Origin: Gemmatimonadales bacterium
GTDB taxonomy: Bacteria > Gemmatimonadota > Gemmatimonadetes > Gemmatimonadales > GWC2-71-9
DNA: 64,000 bases
Assembly: GCA_036394755.1 (NCBI GenBank)
Contig: DASWEL010000058.1
Coordinates: forward strand, 15,827-79,826
Reading direction: 5' to 3'
The position numbers and the translations under genes are program-made. Positions 19,587 to 31,780 of the stretch are shown one piece after another (the first letter of the stretch is position 1; each line of letters opens with the position of its first letter). The notes below the pieces were generated by a model. It did not search any database, was not told where the DNA came from, and saw only the letters and a list, made by a program, of their open reading frames with translations.

Positions 19587-20749
19587 CCTTCCCCTTGGTC
19601 GCATCGGCCATCAAGGTGTTCGTGGTCTTCAACCTGATCATGGTTGGGGTCGCGCTGCTCACCCTCCTCGAGCGGCGGGTGTGCGCCTGGATGCAGGATC
19701 GCCTCGGCCCGAACCGCGTGGGTCCGCAGGGGCTCTTCCAACCGGCTGCCGATGGGCTGAAGAACTTCCTGAAGGAAGAGACGTCGCCGGCGATGGCCGA
19801 CAAGGCGCTCTTCACGCTGGCGCCCATCGTATCGTTCGTCCCGGCGTTGCTCACCTTCGGCGTGATTCCGTTCGCGGCGCCGCTGCCGACCAAGTGGGGC
19901 CTCGTGCCGATGGTCGTCGCGGATCTGCCCGTGGGCTTCCTCTACATCCTCGCGATCAGCTCGCTGGGCGTGTACGGCATCGTGCTGGCGGGATGGGCGT
20001 CCAACAACAAGTACGCGCTCTTGGGCGGGCTGCGCGCGTCGGCCCAAATGATCTCGTACGAGATCGCGCTGGGGATGAGCACCGTGGCCGTCATCCTGCT
20101 CGCGGGCAACGTGACGCTGTCGCAGGTGATCGCGCAGCAGCAGCTGGCGCATGCCTGGTTCATCATCCCGCTGACGGTCGCGTTCGTCATTTTCTTCATC
20201 AGCGCCCTCGCCGAAACGAACCGGCTGCCGTTCGATCTGCCCGAGGCCGAGGGCGAGCTGATCGCCGGTTATCACACCGAGTACAGCGCGATGAAGTTCT
20301 CGATGTTCTACATCGCCGAGTACTCGAACATGGTGACGGCGTCCGCGCTGATGGCCACCCTGTTCTTTGGAGGGTGGGACATTCCCTTCACGACGTGGGA
20401 CTCGACGGGCGATCCGAGCGTCTGGAAAACGCTGGCGACGCTCGTCGCCTTCGGTTTCAAGACGTTCGTGTTCCTCTTTACCTACATCTGGGTGCGCTGG
20501 ACGCTGCCGCGTTTCCGCTATGACCAGCTCATGGCGCTCGGCTGGAAAGTGCTGCTGCCGCTCTCGCTGGTCTACATCACGCTGGTGGCGGTGGCGATCT
20601 GGTTCGTCCGGATCCGGCTCGGCTGGGAGTACGGCGCCGGTATGGCCTGGGTCCTGGGAGGACTGAATCTCGTGCTGTTGCTCGCCCTGGTCTATTGGCT
20701 CGACCGCGGCCGCATCGTGTCCGGCTCGGTTCAGGAGGAGGCAGCCTGA
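19583..20749 (+). CDS. nuoH: NADH-quinone oxidoreductase subunit H
   Basis: ATG 19583 in an ATGA overlap. ND1-type sequence (ERRVCAWMQDRLGPNRVGP, AETNRLPFDLPEAEGEL). Confidence 0.93.
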   Translation: MTFPLVASAIKVFVVFNLIMVGVALLTLLERRVCAWMQDRLGPNRVGPQGLFQPAADGLKNFLKEETSPAMADKALFTLAPIVSFVPALLTFGVIPFAAPLPTKWGLVPMVVADLPVGFLYILAISSLGVYGIVLAGWASNNKYALLGGLRASAQMISYEIALGMSTVAVILLAGNVTLSQVIAQQQLAHAWFIIPLTVAFVIFFISALAETNRLPFDLPEAEGELIAGYHTEYSAMKFSMFYIAEYSNMVTASALMATLFFGGWDIPFTTWDSTGDPSVWKTLATLVAFGFKTFVFLFTYIWVRWTLPRFRYDQLMALGWKVLLPLSLVYITLVAVAIWFVRIRLGWEYGAGMAWVLGGLNLVLLLALVYWLDRGRIVSGSVQEEAA

Positions 20750-21255
20750 TGGCGATCGGCGTGAAGGTCATGAAGCGGCCGACGCAGCAAACGTCCTACC
20801 TGCGGGCCACGCTGAAAGGGATGGCGCTGACGTTCAGCCACCTCCTGCGCCCCAAGGTCACGATGCAGTATCCCGAGGAGAAGTCGTCCAAGGACTGGAC
20901 GCTGTCCTCCCGCTGGCGCGGCACGCACCGGATGCTCACCGACGAACAGGGCAGGGCCAAATGCGTGGCGTGCGGGCTCTGCCCCCAAATCTGCCCCGCC
21001 AACTGCATCAAGCTCGTGCCGGGCGAAGATGAAGACGGCCACCGCTATCCGCTGATCTACGAGATCGACGAGTTCCGCTGCATCTTTTGCGGCTATTGCC
21101 AGGAAGTATGTCCCGAGGAAGCGATCCACGTGGGCGTGCACTACGAGAACTCCGAATACTCCCGCGACCGCTTCGTCTACGACCTCGAGCGGCTGACGGC
21201 ACAGACGCACCCGGTTTCGACTCTCTGGGATCCTTCGGATCCCAAAGGCGAGTAG
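20749..21255 (+). CDS. nuoI: NADH-quinone oxidoreductase subunit I
   Basis: Two ferredoxin motifs, CVACGLCPQICP and CIFCGYCQEVCP. Confidence 0.93.
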   Translation: MAIGVKVMKRPTQQTSYLRATLKGMALTFSHLLRPKVTMQYPEEKSSKDWTLSSRWRGTHRMLTDEQGRAKCVACGLCPQICPANCIKLVPGEDEDGHRYPLIYEIDEFRCIFCGYCQEVCPEEAIHVGVHYENSEYSRDRFVYDLERLTAQTHPVSTLWDPSDPKGE

Positions 21256-21770
21256 TGATCCTCAAGTTTTTTTGGATCTTCGGGTTCATTGCCATGGGGA
21301 GCGCGCTGCTGTGCATCACGCGCAAGAACCCCGTGTCGAGCGCCCTGTGGCTCGTCGTGACGCTGTTCGCGCTGGCCGCAATGTTCGTGCTGCTCGACGC
21401 GCAGTTCATCGCCGTGCTTCAGGTGTTGGTCTACGCCGGCGCGATCATGGTGCTGTTCCTGTTCGTCATCATGTTGCTGAACCTGGGCCGCCCTGGACCG
21501 ACCGACATCAGGGGGCCGCTCGGACTCCTGACCGCGACGGTCCTGGCAGGCGCACTGGCGCTGCAACTGCGCGTGCTCAGCGAGTCGCCGCTCCCCTCGT
21601 CGATCCAGCTGCCCCCCGGAGCGATCACCGCGCTGCAGCAGCAGCAGGGCATCGTCGGTGCCGTGGCCACTCCGTTGTTCGGCACCTACCTCATCCCCTT
21701 CGAGATCGCGAGCGTCCTGCTCCTCGCCGCGATCGTGGGCGCCGTCGTGCTCGCGAAGCGAAAGCTCTAG
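21255..21770 (+). CDS. nuoJ: NADH-quinone oxidoreductase subunit J
   Basis: GTG 21255 overlaps the nuoI stop. ND6-type hydrophobic sequence ([25 protein letters not shown]). Confidence 0.88.
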   Translation: MILKFFWIFGFIAMGSALLCITRKNPVSSALWLVVTLFALAAMFVLLDAQFIAVLQVLVYAGAIMVLFLFVIMLLNLGRPGPTDIRGPLGLLTATVLAGALALQLRVLSESPLPSSIQLPPGAITALQQQQGIVGAVATPLFGTYLIPFEIASVLLLAAIVGAVVLAKRKL

Positions 21771-21771
21771 C

Positions 21772-22071
21772 ATGCTCCTCAGCCCCGCGCTCTTCATCTC
21801 CGCCGTGTTGTTCACGCTGGGCGTCGCGGGGGTGCTGTTCCGGCGCAACGTGATCGTGATCTTCATGTGCGTCGAGCTCATGCTCAACGCCGTGAACCTG
21901 ACCTTCGTGGCGCTGGCGCAGACCCTGGGCATGGGTGGGCAGGTCTTCGTCTTCTTCGTGATGGCGGTGGCGGCGGCTGAAGCGGCGGTCGGCCTCGCCA
22001 TTATTCTCGCGGTCTATCGCCACAGGCAGTCGGTGAGCCTGCAGAACATGAATCTCCTCAAGGACGGATGA
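21772..22071 (+). CDS. nuoK: NADH-quinone oxidoreductase subunit K
   Basis: 99-aa ND4L-type protein ([22 protein letters not shown]). Confidence 0.92.
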   Translation: MLLSPALFISAVLFTLGVAGVLFRRNVIVIFMCVELMLNAVNLTFVALAQTLGMGGQVFVFFVMAVAAAEAAVGLAIILAVYRHRQSVSLQNMNLLKDG

Positions 22072-24046
22072 CCGGCACCGCCGTCGACCTGATCTGGCTC
22101 GCGCCCGCCCTCGCGCTGCTCGGCTTTGTGCTGAACGGAACGCTGGCACTGACGCGTCCCAATGCGAAGACGCTCGTGTCGGTCATTGGCGCCGGGGTGT
22201 TGCTGGCGGCGTTCGCCGTGTCCATCGCGATCTTCAGCGCCTTCGCGGGGCTCCATGCGGACGAGCCGTTCGTGTTCCGGTATTGGTCGTGGATTCCCGT
22301 GGGGACACTGCAGATCGACTTCGCGTTCCAGGTCGATCAGCTCTCGCTGGTCATGCTGCTCGTCGTCACCGGCGTTGGCTCGCTGATCCACCTGTTCAGC
22401 ATCGGATACATGAAGGAGGATCCGGGCTACGCGCGCTACTTCGCGTATCTCAACCTCTTCGTCTTCTTCATGCTGGTGCTGGTGCTGGGGGCGAGCTTCC
22501 CGGTGATGTTCGTGGGGTGGGAAGGCGTCGGCCTCTGCAGTTATCTGCTGATCGGCTTCTGGTTCACCGAAGAACAGAACGCGAACGCGGGCCGCAAGGC
22601 GTTCATCATGAACCGCATCGGCGACTTCGGGTTCATGGTCGCGATGTTCATGCTCTTCTGGTCGACCGGCTCGCTCGATTTCGGCACCGTGTTCACCCAC
22701 GCGCCGAACGCGCTGGCGGCGGGCGGGCGCACCATCACGGTGATCACGCTCTTCCTGTTCCTGGGTTGTACCGGCAAGTCGGCGCAGATCCCCCTGTACA
22801 CCTGGTTGCCCGATGCGATGGCGGGACCGACGCCCGTCTCCGCACTTATCCACGCGGCCACGATGGTGACGGCCGGCGTGTATCTCGTGGCGCGCTGCAA
22901 TCTGCTGTTCGCCATGGCGCCGGTGTCGAGCGCGGTGGTCGCCGGTGTGGGCGCGCTGACGGCCCTGTTCGCCGCGACGATCGCGCTCAAGCAATGGGAC
23001 ATCAAGAAGGTCCTGGCGTATTCCACGATCTCCCAGCTCGGGTACATGTTCCTGGGAGTCGGGACCGGGGCGATCAGCGCCGGCATGTTCCACCTCATCA
23101 CCCACGCGTTCTTCAAGGCGCTGCTCTTCCTCGGCTCGGGCAGCGTGATCTACGCGTTACATCGCGCCTATCACCACACGCATTCCCACGAAGACGCGCA
23201 GGACATGCGCAACATGGGCGGGCTCGCGCGCTACATGCCGTGGACCACGGCCTCGATGTGGATCGCGACGCTCGCGATCGCCGGCGTGCCGCCGCTCTCT
23301 GGCTTCTTCTCAAAGGACGAGATCCTCACCGCAGCGCACGCGCGCGGGCATGCGGACCCGATCTGGCTCGTGTTTTGGGGGTTGGCCCTCGGCGCCGCGT
23401 TGCTCACGGCGTTCTACATGACGCGGCTGATGCTGTACACCTTCCACGGTCCGAACCGCACCGGCGAGAAGGAGCAGGCGCATCTGCACGAGGCGCCGTG
23501 GATCATGACCGGCCCGCTGCTCGTGCTGGGTGTCCTGTCCGCCGCGGGCGGACTCATCAACATCCCGGAGCTCTATCACGGCAACGCGTGGCTCCATCAC
23601 TGGCTGGAGCCGATCACACAGGCGAGCGCACCACTGCTTCCGGCCGTGCACTTGGCGCCCGCAACCGAGTGGTTGCTGGTTGGCGTCGCGGTCACCGTCG
23701 CGCTGATCGGCATCGTGGGTGCGTGGCGGCTCCTCAAACCCGAGGCCCTAGTCCCGGCCCGCCAGGCCCCAGAAGAGCGCGGGTTTGCGCGCGTCCTCAA
23801 GAACAAGTGGTACGTGGACGAGATCTATGACGCGTTGATCGTCCGTCCGCTGGTGTGGCTGTCGCGGGAAGTCCTCTGGAAGCAGGTCGATCAGCGCATC
23901 ATCGACGGCGCGGCGGTGAATGGCGCAGCCCGCGGCGCCCGGGCACTGGGCTGGGCGAATCGCTGGCTGCAGTCGGGCCAGGTCGGGATCTACGTCGCCG
24001 TGTTCGTCGTCGGCGTGTTGCTGATCCTGTGGCGGGCGACGAGCTG

Positions 24047-24047
<1 letters not shown>
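22068..24047 (+). CDS. nuoL: NADH-quinone oxidoreductase subunit L
   Basis: ND5-type antiporter-like subunit, 659 aa ([32 protein letters not shown]). Confidence 0.95.
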
Positions 24048-25530
<1,483 letters not shown>

Positions 25531-25534
<4 letters not shown>

Positions 25535-27039
25535 GCCTCGACCCCGCGGTCTACAGCGATCTCCTGCTGTCGCTCCTGCCCGAGCTCGTGCTGACCGGGT
25601 GGGCGCTCGTACTGTTGCTCTTCGTCGCGTGGCGTCATCGCACCGCGCGGGATTTGCGGATCGCGGGGTGGCTGACCCTCGTAGCCCTTTTGTCGACCGC
25701 GATCGCCGTATGGTGGTTGTGGTGGAACCGCGCTGCGCTGAGGGGACCGGGCCTCGTGGCGATGGTCGCGCTGGACGACTTCCGCTGGGTCGCCGACTGG
25801 GTCTTCCTCGGCGCCGCCGCGCTCACGGTGCTGATCTCGTTCGCGTATCTGGAGCGGGAGCAGCTGCTGATCCCCGAGTACTACGTGCTGGTGATCTTCG
25901 CTACGCTCGGCATGATGGTGATGGCCGCCGGCGCCGATCTCATGGTGATCTTCCTGGGACTCGAGCTGATGTCGGTCGCGGTCTACGTGCTCGCGGGTCT
26001 GGACCGGCGGCGCGCGCGGTCCGCCGAGGCCGCGCTCAAATACTTCCTGCTCGGCGCGTTCGCCTCGGGATTCCTATTATATGGCATCGCGCTCGCGTAT
26101 GGCGCGACCGGCACGACCAATCTCGGTCTGATCGGCGGGCAGGTCAGCACCATGGGCAAGCCGAGCGTCATGTTGCTGGCCGGGCTGGCGCTCTTGATCG
26201 TGGGATTCGCATTCAAGATCGCGGCGGTGCCGTTCCACATGTGGGCACCGGACGTCTACGATGGCTCGCCCACACCGGTGACGGCGTTCATGGCGACGGG
26301 CGTAAAGGCGGCCGCGTTTGCGGCATTGTTCCGCGTCCTGAATCAAGCCTTCGCCCCGGTTACCGCCTGGCATGACATCCTGTGGTGGCTCGCCGTCGTC
26401 ACGATGATCGGCGGTAACCTCTTCGCCCTCGGCCAGCGGTCGCTCAAGCGGATGCTCGCCTACTCGTCGGTCGCGCACGCGGGCTATCTGCTCGTCGCCG
26501 TGACCGCCGGCGGCGCGGCCGGCACGAGCGCATTCCTCGTCTACGTCATCGCGTACACGCTGATGTCGCTCGGGGCATTCGCCGTGCTGTCGGCGAAGGG
26601 CAGGGCAGGCGAGAGCGATGTGTTGATCGATGATCTCGCGGGGCTCGCCAGCCAGCGACCCTGGCTCGCCTTCGCGCTCGCCGTGTGCATGTTGTCGTTA
26701 CTCGGCTTTCCCGGAACCGCCGGCTTCATCGGCAAGTGGTACATCCTCATCGCCGCCACCAGCGCCGGGCAGAACACCCTGGCCGCCATTCTCGTGCTGA
26801 CCAGCGTCGTCTCGGCAGGGTACTATCTTCCCGTTATCATGGCGATGTACATGAAACCGCCGCCGGTCGAGTCCGCCCACGTCGATATGTATCTCGACCG
26901 GTGGGGACGGACCGCCGTCGCGGTCGTCGTCGTCGGCCTGCTGCTCTTTGGCGTCTGGCCCAACCGGCTGTTCGATCTTGCGAAATCGGCAGGACACAGC
27001 GTACACGCGACAGCCGACACAGCCACAAACCCACCCTAA
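25531..27039 (+). CDS. nuoN: NADH-quinone oxidoreductase subunit N
   Basis: GTG 25531 in a GTGA overlap. ND2-type sequence (FKIAAVPFHMWAPDVYDGSPTPVTAF). Confidence 0.93.
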
Positions 27040-27051
27040 AGGGCCCTTCAG

Positions 27052-28446
27052 ATGGCCGTGAAGCTTCCCGCGACAATCTTCCGCCAGTACGACATTCGCG
27101 GCCTCGTGGACGAGCAGCTTACTCCCGCGGCCGCACGGGCCGTCGGCCAAGCGTACACCACGTTCGCCTGGGAGCGGCTCCGCACGGGGAAGCCACCGCG
27201 CGTCGCCGTGGGGCGCGACAACCGGCCGTCGGGCGCCGCACTCGCCCAGGGCGTGCGCGAAGGCATCGCCGCCGCGGGGGGCGCCGCGATCGACGTCGGC
27301 GAGCTGCCGACTCCCGCCCTCTACTTCGCGACCAAGACCCTGCCGGTGGATGGCGGCATTCAAGTCACGGGCTCGCATAATCCGCCCGAGTTCAACGGCT
27401 TCAAGATGGTGCTGGCCCACGACGCCGTCTTCGGCGAGGACATTCAGGTCCTCTATCGCCTGATCAATGACGGCAAGCTCGCCACGAGGTCCGGCGGTAC
27501 GATCACGGCGCACGGCGCACTGCTCACGGCGTACCGAGAAGCCATCGTCCAGCGCAACGCGCCACTCGCGCGCCGACTCAAAGTCGTGGTGGACTGCGGC
27601 AACGGGGTCACGAGTCTCGTCGCGATCGAGACCCTCAAGCAGCTGGGCGCTGATGTCGTTGCGCTGTTCGCCGAATCGGACGGGACGTTCCCGCATCACC
27701 ATCCCGATCCCACGGTCCTCGAGAACCTCCACGACCTGCAGGTCGCCGTCAAAAAGGAGAAGGCGGGGCTGGGGATCGCCTTCGACGGCGACGGCGATCG
27801 CATCGGCGCGGTGGATGAGAAGGGCGAGCCGGTGCTCGGTGATCAGCTGCTGGTGTTGTTCGCGCGCGACCTGGTGCATCGCATGGGCAAGAACCATCCG
27901 GTGATTTTCGATGTGAAATGCTCGGAGGTGCTGCCGCAGATGCTGAAGCAGGCCGGTCTCGAGCCCGTGATGTGGAAGACGGGGCATTCGTTCATCAAGC
28001 AGAAGATGAAGGAGATCGGCGCCCCGCTCGCCGGCGAAATGAGCGGCCATATGTTCTTCGGCGGCGACTGGTACGGCTTCGATGACGCACTCTTCGCCGC
28101 GGCCCGGCTCCTGGCGTATGTCGCGCGCGAAGGGGGGGGGGGCCCGCTCTCGCGCCTCCTCGCCGACCTGCCGAAGACCTACGCCACACCGGAATTGCGC
28201 GTCGATTGTCGCGATGAGGAGAAGTTCGAGGTCGCCCAGCAAGCGGCGGAGGAATTCGCCGCGAAGTATCCCGTCTCGACGCTCGACGGCGTGCGCATCA
28301 CGTTCCCCGAAGGGTGGGGATTGCTACGCGCCTCGAACACGCAGCCGGTCCTGGTCATGCGGTTCGAGGCGACGACCCCGAAGGCGCTCGACGCGTATCG
28401 CGCCGAGGTCGAGGGCTGGCTGGCGGCGCGCGGCGTGACGGCGTGA
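27052..28446 (+). CDS. Phosphomannomutase/phosphoglucomutase (alpha-D-phosphohexomutase family)
   Basis: Active-site loop TGSHNPPEFNG, metal loop FDGDGDR and sugar loop GEMSGH. Confidence 0.9.
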   Translation: MAVKLPATIFRQYDIRGLVDEQLTPAAARAVGQAYTTFAWERLRTGKPPRVAVGRDNRPSGAALAQGVREGIAAAGGAAIDVGELPTPALYFATKTLPVDGGIQVTGSHNPPEFNGFKMVLAHDAVFGEDIQVLYRLINDGKLATRSGGTITAHGALLTAYREAIVQRNAPLARRLKVVVDCGNGVTSLVAIETLKQLGADVVALFAESDGTFPHHHPDPTVLENLHDLQVAVKKEKAGLGIAFDGDGDRIGAVDEKGEPVLGDQLLVLFARDLVHRMGKNHPVIFDVKCSEVLPQMLKQAGLEPVMWKTGHSFIKQKMKEIGAPLAGEMSGHMFFGGDWYGFDDALFAAARLLAYVAREGGGGPLSRLLADLPKTYATPELRVDCRDEEKFEVAQQAAEEFAAKYPVSTLDGVRITFPEGWGLLRASNTQPVLVMRFEATTPKALDAYRAEVEGWLAARGVTA

Positions 28447-30824
28447 CACGCGCGAACCGGCGCACGCTGTATTTGATCGGCGCCGGTCTGCTGGTGGCTG
28501 CGTTGGTCGGCGGCCGCTGGCTGGCGGTGGAGACGGCGGAACGGGCGTGGGACCGCACCTTCGCGGGAGGCGAGGCATTGATTGCCACCCGCGATCTCGC
28601 CCGGCTGCTGCAGGCGCTCGTCCTCCTCATCGCGATCACCTGGATGGCCGGCAATCTGCTGATCGTCTATCGGGCGATCGGCTCGGTGCAGATGCCGCGC
28701 CGGCTCGGCGATCTGGAAATCGTTGAAGCCGTGCCGCGCCGCACGCTCCTCGCCGGTACGGTCCTGCTCGGCGTAATCCTGGGCTCGTTCTTGTCGCTGG
28801 GCGCGGGGGACTGGTGGCGTCATTTCATCCTCGCGACGTCGCCACCGCACTTCGGCGTTCCCGACTCGACAAGACTGGGCCACGACGCCGGGTACTACGT
28901 CAGCGTTGTCCCCTGGCTCGCGGGACTGCAGAACCGCACGCTCGTTCTGGTCGTCGGCGCCCTCGGCATCGTGGCGCTGCTCTATGGTGTGATCGGCTCG
29001 CTCCGGATTCGGCACGGCCGCATCCGCGCCAGCGACTACGCGCGCGCCCACCTCGGGGTGTTGCTCGCGTGTCTCGCTTTCGCCATTGCGTGGGGCGCGG
29101 TGCTCGATCCCGCCGAAATCGTGGGCGGCCTGCACGGCGAGGTCGATCAGGCTGCCCTCAGCGCGCGCATGCCGGGAGCGAACGTCGTCGCCGCGGTCGC
29201 GATCGTGACGGCAATCATCTCGCTGGCCTGGGCCTGGCGGGACCGGCCCACGCTGATTCTCGCCGGCTGGGCGGCGCTGCTCGTCTCGCTCACCGCGGGC
29301 TACTTCGTGATTCCCGGGGTCGTCCGCGCGTCGTCCGGCACTGGGCCGAAGAACGCGGACCTGGTACGGCGCCGTGCGGCGCTCGAGCGCGTCTCATTCG
29401 GGCTGGTCAACGTGGATCCCAGCTCGCCGCCGCCGTTCCCGTCGGGGGAAGCGGCGGTGCGGATGATCCCGTTGTGGGATCCCGCCCATGTCGGCGCGGC
29501 GCTGGGCGTCCCCGCCCACGCCGTCGCGCTTCGGCCGCCGCGCCCGGAAGACCACGGGGGCGGGGCGGTCTGGATGGTGGCTCCCACCATTGCTCCCGGT
29601 CCGGTGCGCCTCGCGGCGGAAACGGACACCGGTTTGGTGGTGTCGTCACTCCCGACCGAGAACGCCCCGTTGTTATTCGGTCCCGGATTGTCGGGCACGG
29701 TGGTGACTTCAGAGGACAGCGCACCGCTCGCGCCCACCGGCTCTGGAGCGGTGCGGCTCACCGGCGCCTGGCGTCGCTTCGCGATCGCGTGGACGATTCA
29801 GTCCTGGGGATTGGCGCGCGGCGAATCCAACGGCAGGGTCCTGCTGTGGCGGCGCGACGTTGCCGAGCGACTTCAGCGGCTCGCTCCGTTTGCACGGTTC
29901 GGCGCTCCGGCACCGGTGCTGCGCGATGGTGCCTTGTGGTGGGTAAGCTGGGGCTATGTGTCGCACGACGCGTTTCCGCTGGTGCGACCGCTTCCCTGGG
30001 GCGACGGTGAAGTGCGCTTCCTGCGCGCGGGTCTCGTCGGTGCGGTGCGCGTCACCACGGGCGAGACGCATCTCTGGCTGGCGCCGGGGTACGACTCGCT
30101 GACTGCTGCTTGGGCCCGACGCTTCAAGCCGTTGATCGAACCCGCGGACAGCCTGCCCAGGGATCTCCGCGCGCAGCTGGCCTATCCCGTCGAGACGTTG
30201 AAGATCGCCATTGCCGCATTGCTGCGCGCCAGCGCCGATTCCGCCGTTCAAGCCGGATGGCTCATGCGTCCACAAGAACCATATCAGCTGGGCGCACCCG
30301 ACGGGGCAATCTGGACCGGCGTTGCCCTTGAAACGGGGCTACTCGCCCCCAAGCGGTTCGTGGGTCTGGGCGCGGCCGCCATCACGCCGCGCGGCGTCGA
30401 GCTTCATCTCTGGCAGCCGTCTGCAGACGAGGCCGGCGTCGAGCGACTGCCGGGCGAGCTGGTCGGCTCGTCGTTGTTGCGACCCGGTACACTGCGTGCG
30501 TGGCCGGCCGGGAAGACGCTCATCACGGTGCAAGCGCAGATCTTCGACCCCGTCACCCCCACCCCTCGGACACGACCCCCTCCGCGCGTCACGGAGGTCT
30601 ATGTGACGTTCGACGGGCGCGCCGGACATGCCCTGACGGCCCGCGCCGCGCTACTGGGCGGGGAACAGATCATCACCGACACGACGCTCGCGGCACGCTG
30701 GGAAAGGGCGCAGCGGCTGGCCGTCCGGGCCGATTCGGCGCTGGCCGCCGGAGACCTTGCGGAGTTCGGACGCCTCTGGCGGTTGCTGATCGGTGAGCTT
30801 GCTCACGTCCAGCGCCCCCGGTAG
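28443..30824 (+). CDS. Large polytopic membrane protein, UPF0182-like (tentative)
   Basis: GTG 28443 in a GTGA overlap. About 7 N-terminal TM helices then a large soluble region. Weak resemblance to UPF0182 (LPRDLRAQLAYPVETLKIA). Family call is from memory only. Confidence 0.45.
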   Translation: MTRANRRTLYLIGAGLLVAALVGGRWLAVETAERAWDRTFAGGEALIATRDLARLLQALVLLIAITWMAGNLLIVYRAIGSVQMPRRLGDLEIVEAVPRRTLLAGTVLLGVILGSFLSLGAGDWWRHFILATSPPHFGVPDSTRLGHDAGYYVSVVPWLAGLQNRTLVLVVGALGIVALLYGVIGSLRIRHGRIRASDYARAHLGVLLACLAFAIAWGAVLDPAEIVGGLHGEVDQAALSARMPGANVVAAVAIVTAIISLAWAWRDRPTLILAGWAALLVSLTAGYFVIPGVVRASSGTGPKNADLVRRRAALERVSFGLVNVDPSSPPPFPSGEAAVRMIPLWDPAHVGAALGVPAHAVALRPPRPEDHGGGAVWMVAPTIAPGPVRLAAETDTGLVVSSLPTENAPLLFGPGLSGTVVTSEDSAPLAPTGSGAVRLTGAWRRFAIAWTIQSWGLARGESNGRVLLWRRDVAERLQRLAPFARFGAPAPVLRDGALWWVSWGYVSHDAFPLVRPLPWGDGEVRFLRAGLVGAVRVTTGETHLWLAPGYDSLTAAWARRFKPLIEPADSLPRDLRAQLAYPVETLKIAIAALLRASADSAVQAGWLMRPQEPYQLGAPDGAIWTGVALETGLLAPKRFVGLGAAAITPRGVELHLWQPSADEAGVERLPGELVGSSLLRPGTLRAWPAGKTLITVQAQIFDPVTPTPRTRPPPRVTEVYVTFDGRAGHALTARAALLGGEQIITDTTLAARWERAQRLAVRADSALAAGDLAEFGRLWRLLIGELAHVQRPR

Positions 30825-30835
30825 GTTGCGCCGCC

Positions 30836-31780
30836 GTGACGGTCCCCCCCTCTGGAACGATCGTTGTCGCGCTTGGAGGAAACGCCGTCGCGCCACCCGG
30901 TGAGCGGGCGACGATCAGCAATCAGTTCCGCCATACGCGCGCGAGTCTCGTGCCCATCGTCGACCTCGCGGCGGCGGGGTGGCACATCGTCCTCGTCCAT
31001 GGCAACGGACCGCAGGTCGGCGACGAGCTGGCGCGCAACGAGATCGCGGCGGATCAGGTCGAGCCGCTGCCCCTCGGGGTGCTGGTCGCCGGAACAGCAG
31101 GGTGGATGGGATACATGATCCAGCAGTCGCTGCAAAATGCGCTCGCTCGCGCGGGCGTACGGCGATCCGTCGTCACGCTGATCACGCAGACCCTGTGTCG
31201 GGCCGACGATCCCGATTTGCGCACGCCGTCCAAACCGGTCGGCCATACACTCGATCCGGTGCGGCAGGCGCGGCTCGTGGCTCGGGGGATTCCGGTCCGG
31301 GACGGGCGGCGGCTCGCGCCCAGTCCCAAGCCGGCCGGGATTGTCGAGCAGCAGATGGTGCGTGATCTGGCGGCCGCCGGCCACATCGTGATCGCCGGAG
31401 GCGGCGGGGGACCGCCGGTCTATCAGGACCCCAAGCTGGGACTCGAAGGCATCGACGCCGTCGCCGACAAGGATCGCGTCGCCGCGATCCTCGGCCGGGA
31501 AATCGGCGCGCAGGTGTTGTTGATCCTGACGAACGTGAGTGCTGTCTACCGCGGTTTCGGCACACCGCACCAGGAAGCCATCCGGCGGCTGACGCTGGCG
31601 CAGGCCGAGCACCTGCTCGCCGGCAAGGAGCTGGGGGCCGGCAGCATGCGGCCGAAGGTCGAAGCCGCCGCGGAGTTCGTCCGTACCGGGGGCGAGCGGG
31701 CCATCATCGCCGAGCTGGCCCACGGGCTTGCCGCGCTCCGCGGCGAAGCCGGAACGACGATCGCGAAGGAGCACGTGTGA
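30836..31780 (+). CDS. arcC: Carbamate kinase
   Basis: [24 protein letters not shown] and [10 protein letters not shown] motifs. 314 aa. Confidence 0.85.
   Translation: MTVPPSGTIVVALGGNAVAPPGERATISNQFRHTRASLVPIVDLAAAGWHIVLVHGNGPQVGDELARNEIAADQVEPLPLGVLVAGTAGWMGYMIQQSLQNALARAGVRRSVVTLITQTLCRADDPDLRTPSKPVGHTLDPVRQARLVARGIPVRDGRRLAPSPKPAGIVEQQMVRDLAAAGHIVIAGGGGGPPVYQDPKLGLEGIDAVADKDRVAAILGREIGAQVLLILTNVSAVYRGFGTPHQEAIRRLTLAQAEHLLAGKELGAGSMRPKVEAAAEFVRTGGERAIIAELAHGLAALRGEAGTTIAKEHV

Noticed and set aside
26698-28242. Very long antisense ORFs opposite well-recognised genes. Examples: 26698-28242(-) 514 aa opposite nuoN/PMM; 8691-10214(-) 507 aa opposite the M28 peptidase; 52035-53657(-) 540 aa opposite pyrG; 22014-23105(-) opposite nuoL; 35787-37046(-) opposite fabH.
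   Set aside because: These are typical shadow ORFs of high-GC DNA. Their translations are Arg/Gly/His/Asp-rich with no recognisable motifs. The opposite strand encodes highly conserved proteins with strong GC3 bias.
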